Shown one piece after another: positions 63,279 to 64,000 of a stretch of DNA of 64,000 nt. The position numbers and the translations under genes were made by a program. Numbering within the stretch: position 1 is the first letter of the stretch; each line of letters begins with the position of its first letter. Location of the stretch: the NCBI GenBank assembly GCA_964410185.1, contig CAYPFM010000003.1, positions 18,437 through 82,436 on the forward strand, written 5' to 3'. The notes below the pieces were generated by a model, which saw only the letters and a program-made list of their open reading frames with translations, searched no databases and had not been told where the DNA came from. Origin of the DNA: an uncultured Candidatus Saccharibacteria bacterium (lineage in GTDB: Bacteria; Patescibacteriota; Saccharimonadia; Saccharimonadales; JAUPVS01).

Positions 63279-64000
63279 TTACTGATCAATTTTAGTGCGT
63301 AAGAAAGCGGCAAACTCGTCTTTGAGGTCGTCGTGCAGCAACGCAAAGTCGACCACTGTCTTGAGATATTCGAGTTTATTACCGGTGTCGTAGAATTTGC
63401 CATTTTGGATTTGGTAGGCCAGCATGTCGTGACCGTCATCGATCATCATTTGCATGGCGGTCTGGATCTGCAGCTCTTTACCATCTTCGAGCAGTTGGCG
63501 GGACTTATCAATGTAGCCAAAAATATCAGGTGTTAGCAGGTAGCCGCTGACGCTGGCCAGATCACTCGGAGCGTTGTCCTTGCCCGGCTTCTCGATAATG
63601 GTCGACATTTTGAGCAGGCCTTCCTGCAGCTGTTCGCCGGCGACGATACCGTAGCGCTTGTAGTCATCGTCATTTACGACTTTGATGCACGAAACCACAC
63701 TGGCATTGTGCGCTTGGTATTGTTCGATCATCTGCTTGAAGCGGGACGGGCCAGCCACGATAAAGTCATCAGCAAAGGTATAGATAAAGGGCTCATTGCC
63801 AACTAAGTGCGCCGCGTTGGCAACTGGCGTGGCGTTACCGTAGGGCCCTTTTTGGCGAATGTAGGCAAAATTAGCCAGGTCAGAAACTTTTTTGGTTTGC
63901 TCCAGCAATTCTGTTTTGCCGGCGTCTTTGAGGTTTTTGCGCAAGTCGGCGCTCATTTGGTCAAAGTGGTCTTCGATGGAACGTTTGTGATAACCAGTCA
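63279..64000 (-). CDS. galU: UTP--glucose-1-phosphate uridylyltransferase, C-terminal part (gene runs off the right edge)
   Basis: The reading frame stays open upstream of the track Met. Manual translation of 63957-64000 gives ...TGYHKRSIEDHFDQ, followed by YIRQKGPYGNATPV...FIYTFADD, typical of GalU. Confidence 0.85.
   Translation of the reverse strand, partial: TGYHKRSIEDHFDQMSADLRKNLKDAGKTELLEQTKKVSDLANFAYIRQKGPYGNATPVANAAHLVGNEPFIYTFADDFIVAGPSRFKQMIEQYQAHNASVVSCIKVVNDDDYKRYGIVAGEQLQEGLLKMSTIIEKPGKDNAPSDLASVSGYLLTPDIFGYIDKSRQLLEDGKELQIQTAMQMMIDDGHDMLAYQIQNGKFYDTGNKLEYLKTVVDFALLHDDLKDEFAAFLRTKIDQ

Noticed and set aside
1-64000. Search by eye for CRISPR arrays, rRNA genes, transposases or integrases, reverse transcriptases, restriction-modification genes or known defence-system genes
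   Set aside because: None was seen. The only repeats are the short elements reported above, and no ORF shows DDE, tyrosine-recombinase, RT or Cas-like motifs that I can recognise.

Overview
The window looks like a small-genome bacterium. The operon structure suggests Patescibacteria/CPR, possibly Saccharibacteria, but that is inference only and no search was possible. TGA, TAA and TAG all act as stops, so the standard code applies. About 90% of the genes are on the minus strand. Read on the minus strand, the window holds most of the rpoBC / str / S10 / spc / alpha ribosomal super-operon (rpoB to rpsD, 27871 down to 1). The rest is housekeeping: clpP, tig, hisS, tRNA-Leu, rsmD, recG, tyrS, a class A PBP, a PIN-TRAM protein, radA, clpC, nusA, pepN, yraN, rnhB, rplS, pilB, a SpoU methyltransferase, a CAP-domain protein, dnaE and galU. 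I found no rRNA, CRISPR array, transposase, integrase or recognisable defence system. The main unusual observations are: (1) gene junctions that are normally contiguous (rpsG|fusA, fusA|tuf, tuf|rpsJ, rpsJ|rplC, tig|clpP, nusA|next gene) each hold an unrecognisable ORF, and the rpsJ|rplC junction holds an opposite-strand trio with two distant paralogs carrying an HxD/E...H...R signature; (2) near-identical promoters overlapped by CIRCE-like inverted repeats sit in front of clpP and clpC; (3) a 110-125 bp palindromic MITE-like element occurs in two copies; (4) many genes have a -10 hexamer 6-8 nt before the ATG, implying leaderless mRNAs; (5) fragments of the tRNA-Leu 3' end lie beside the intact tRNA. 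All functional ideas for the unknown ORFs are hypotheses.
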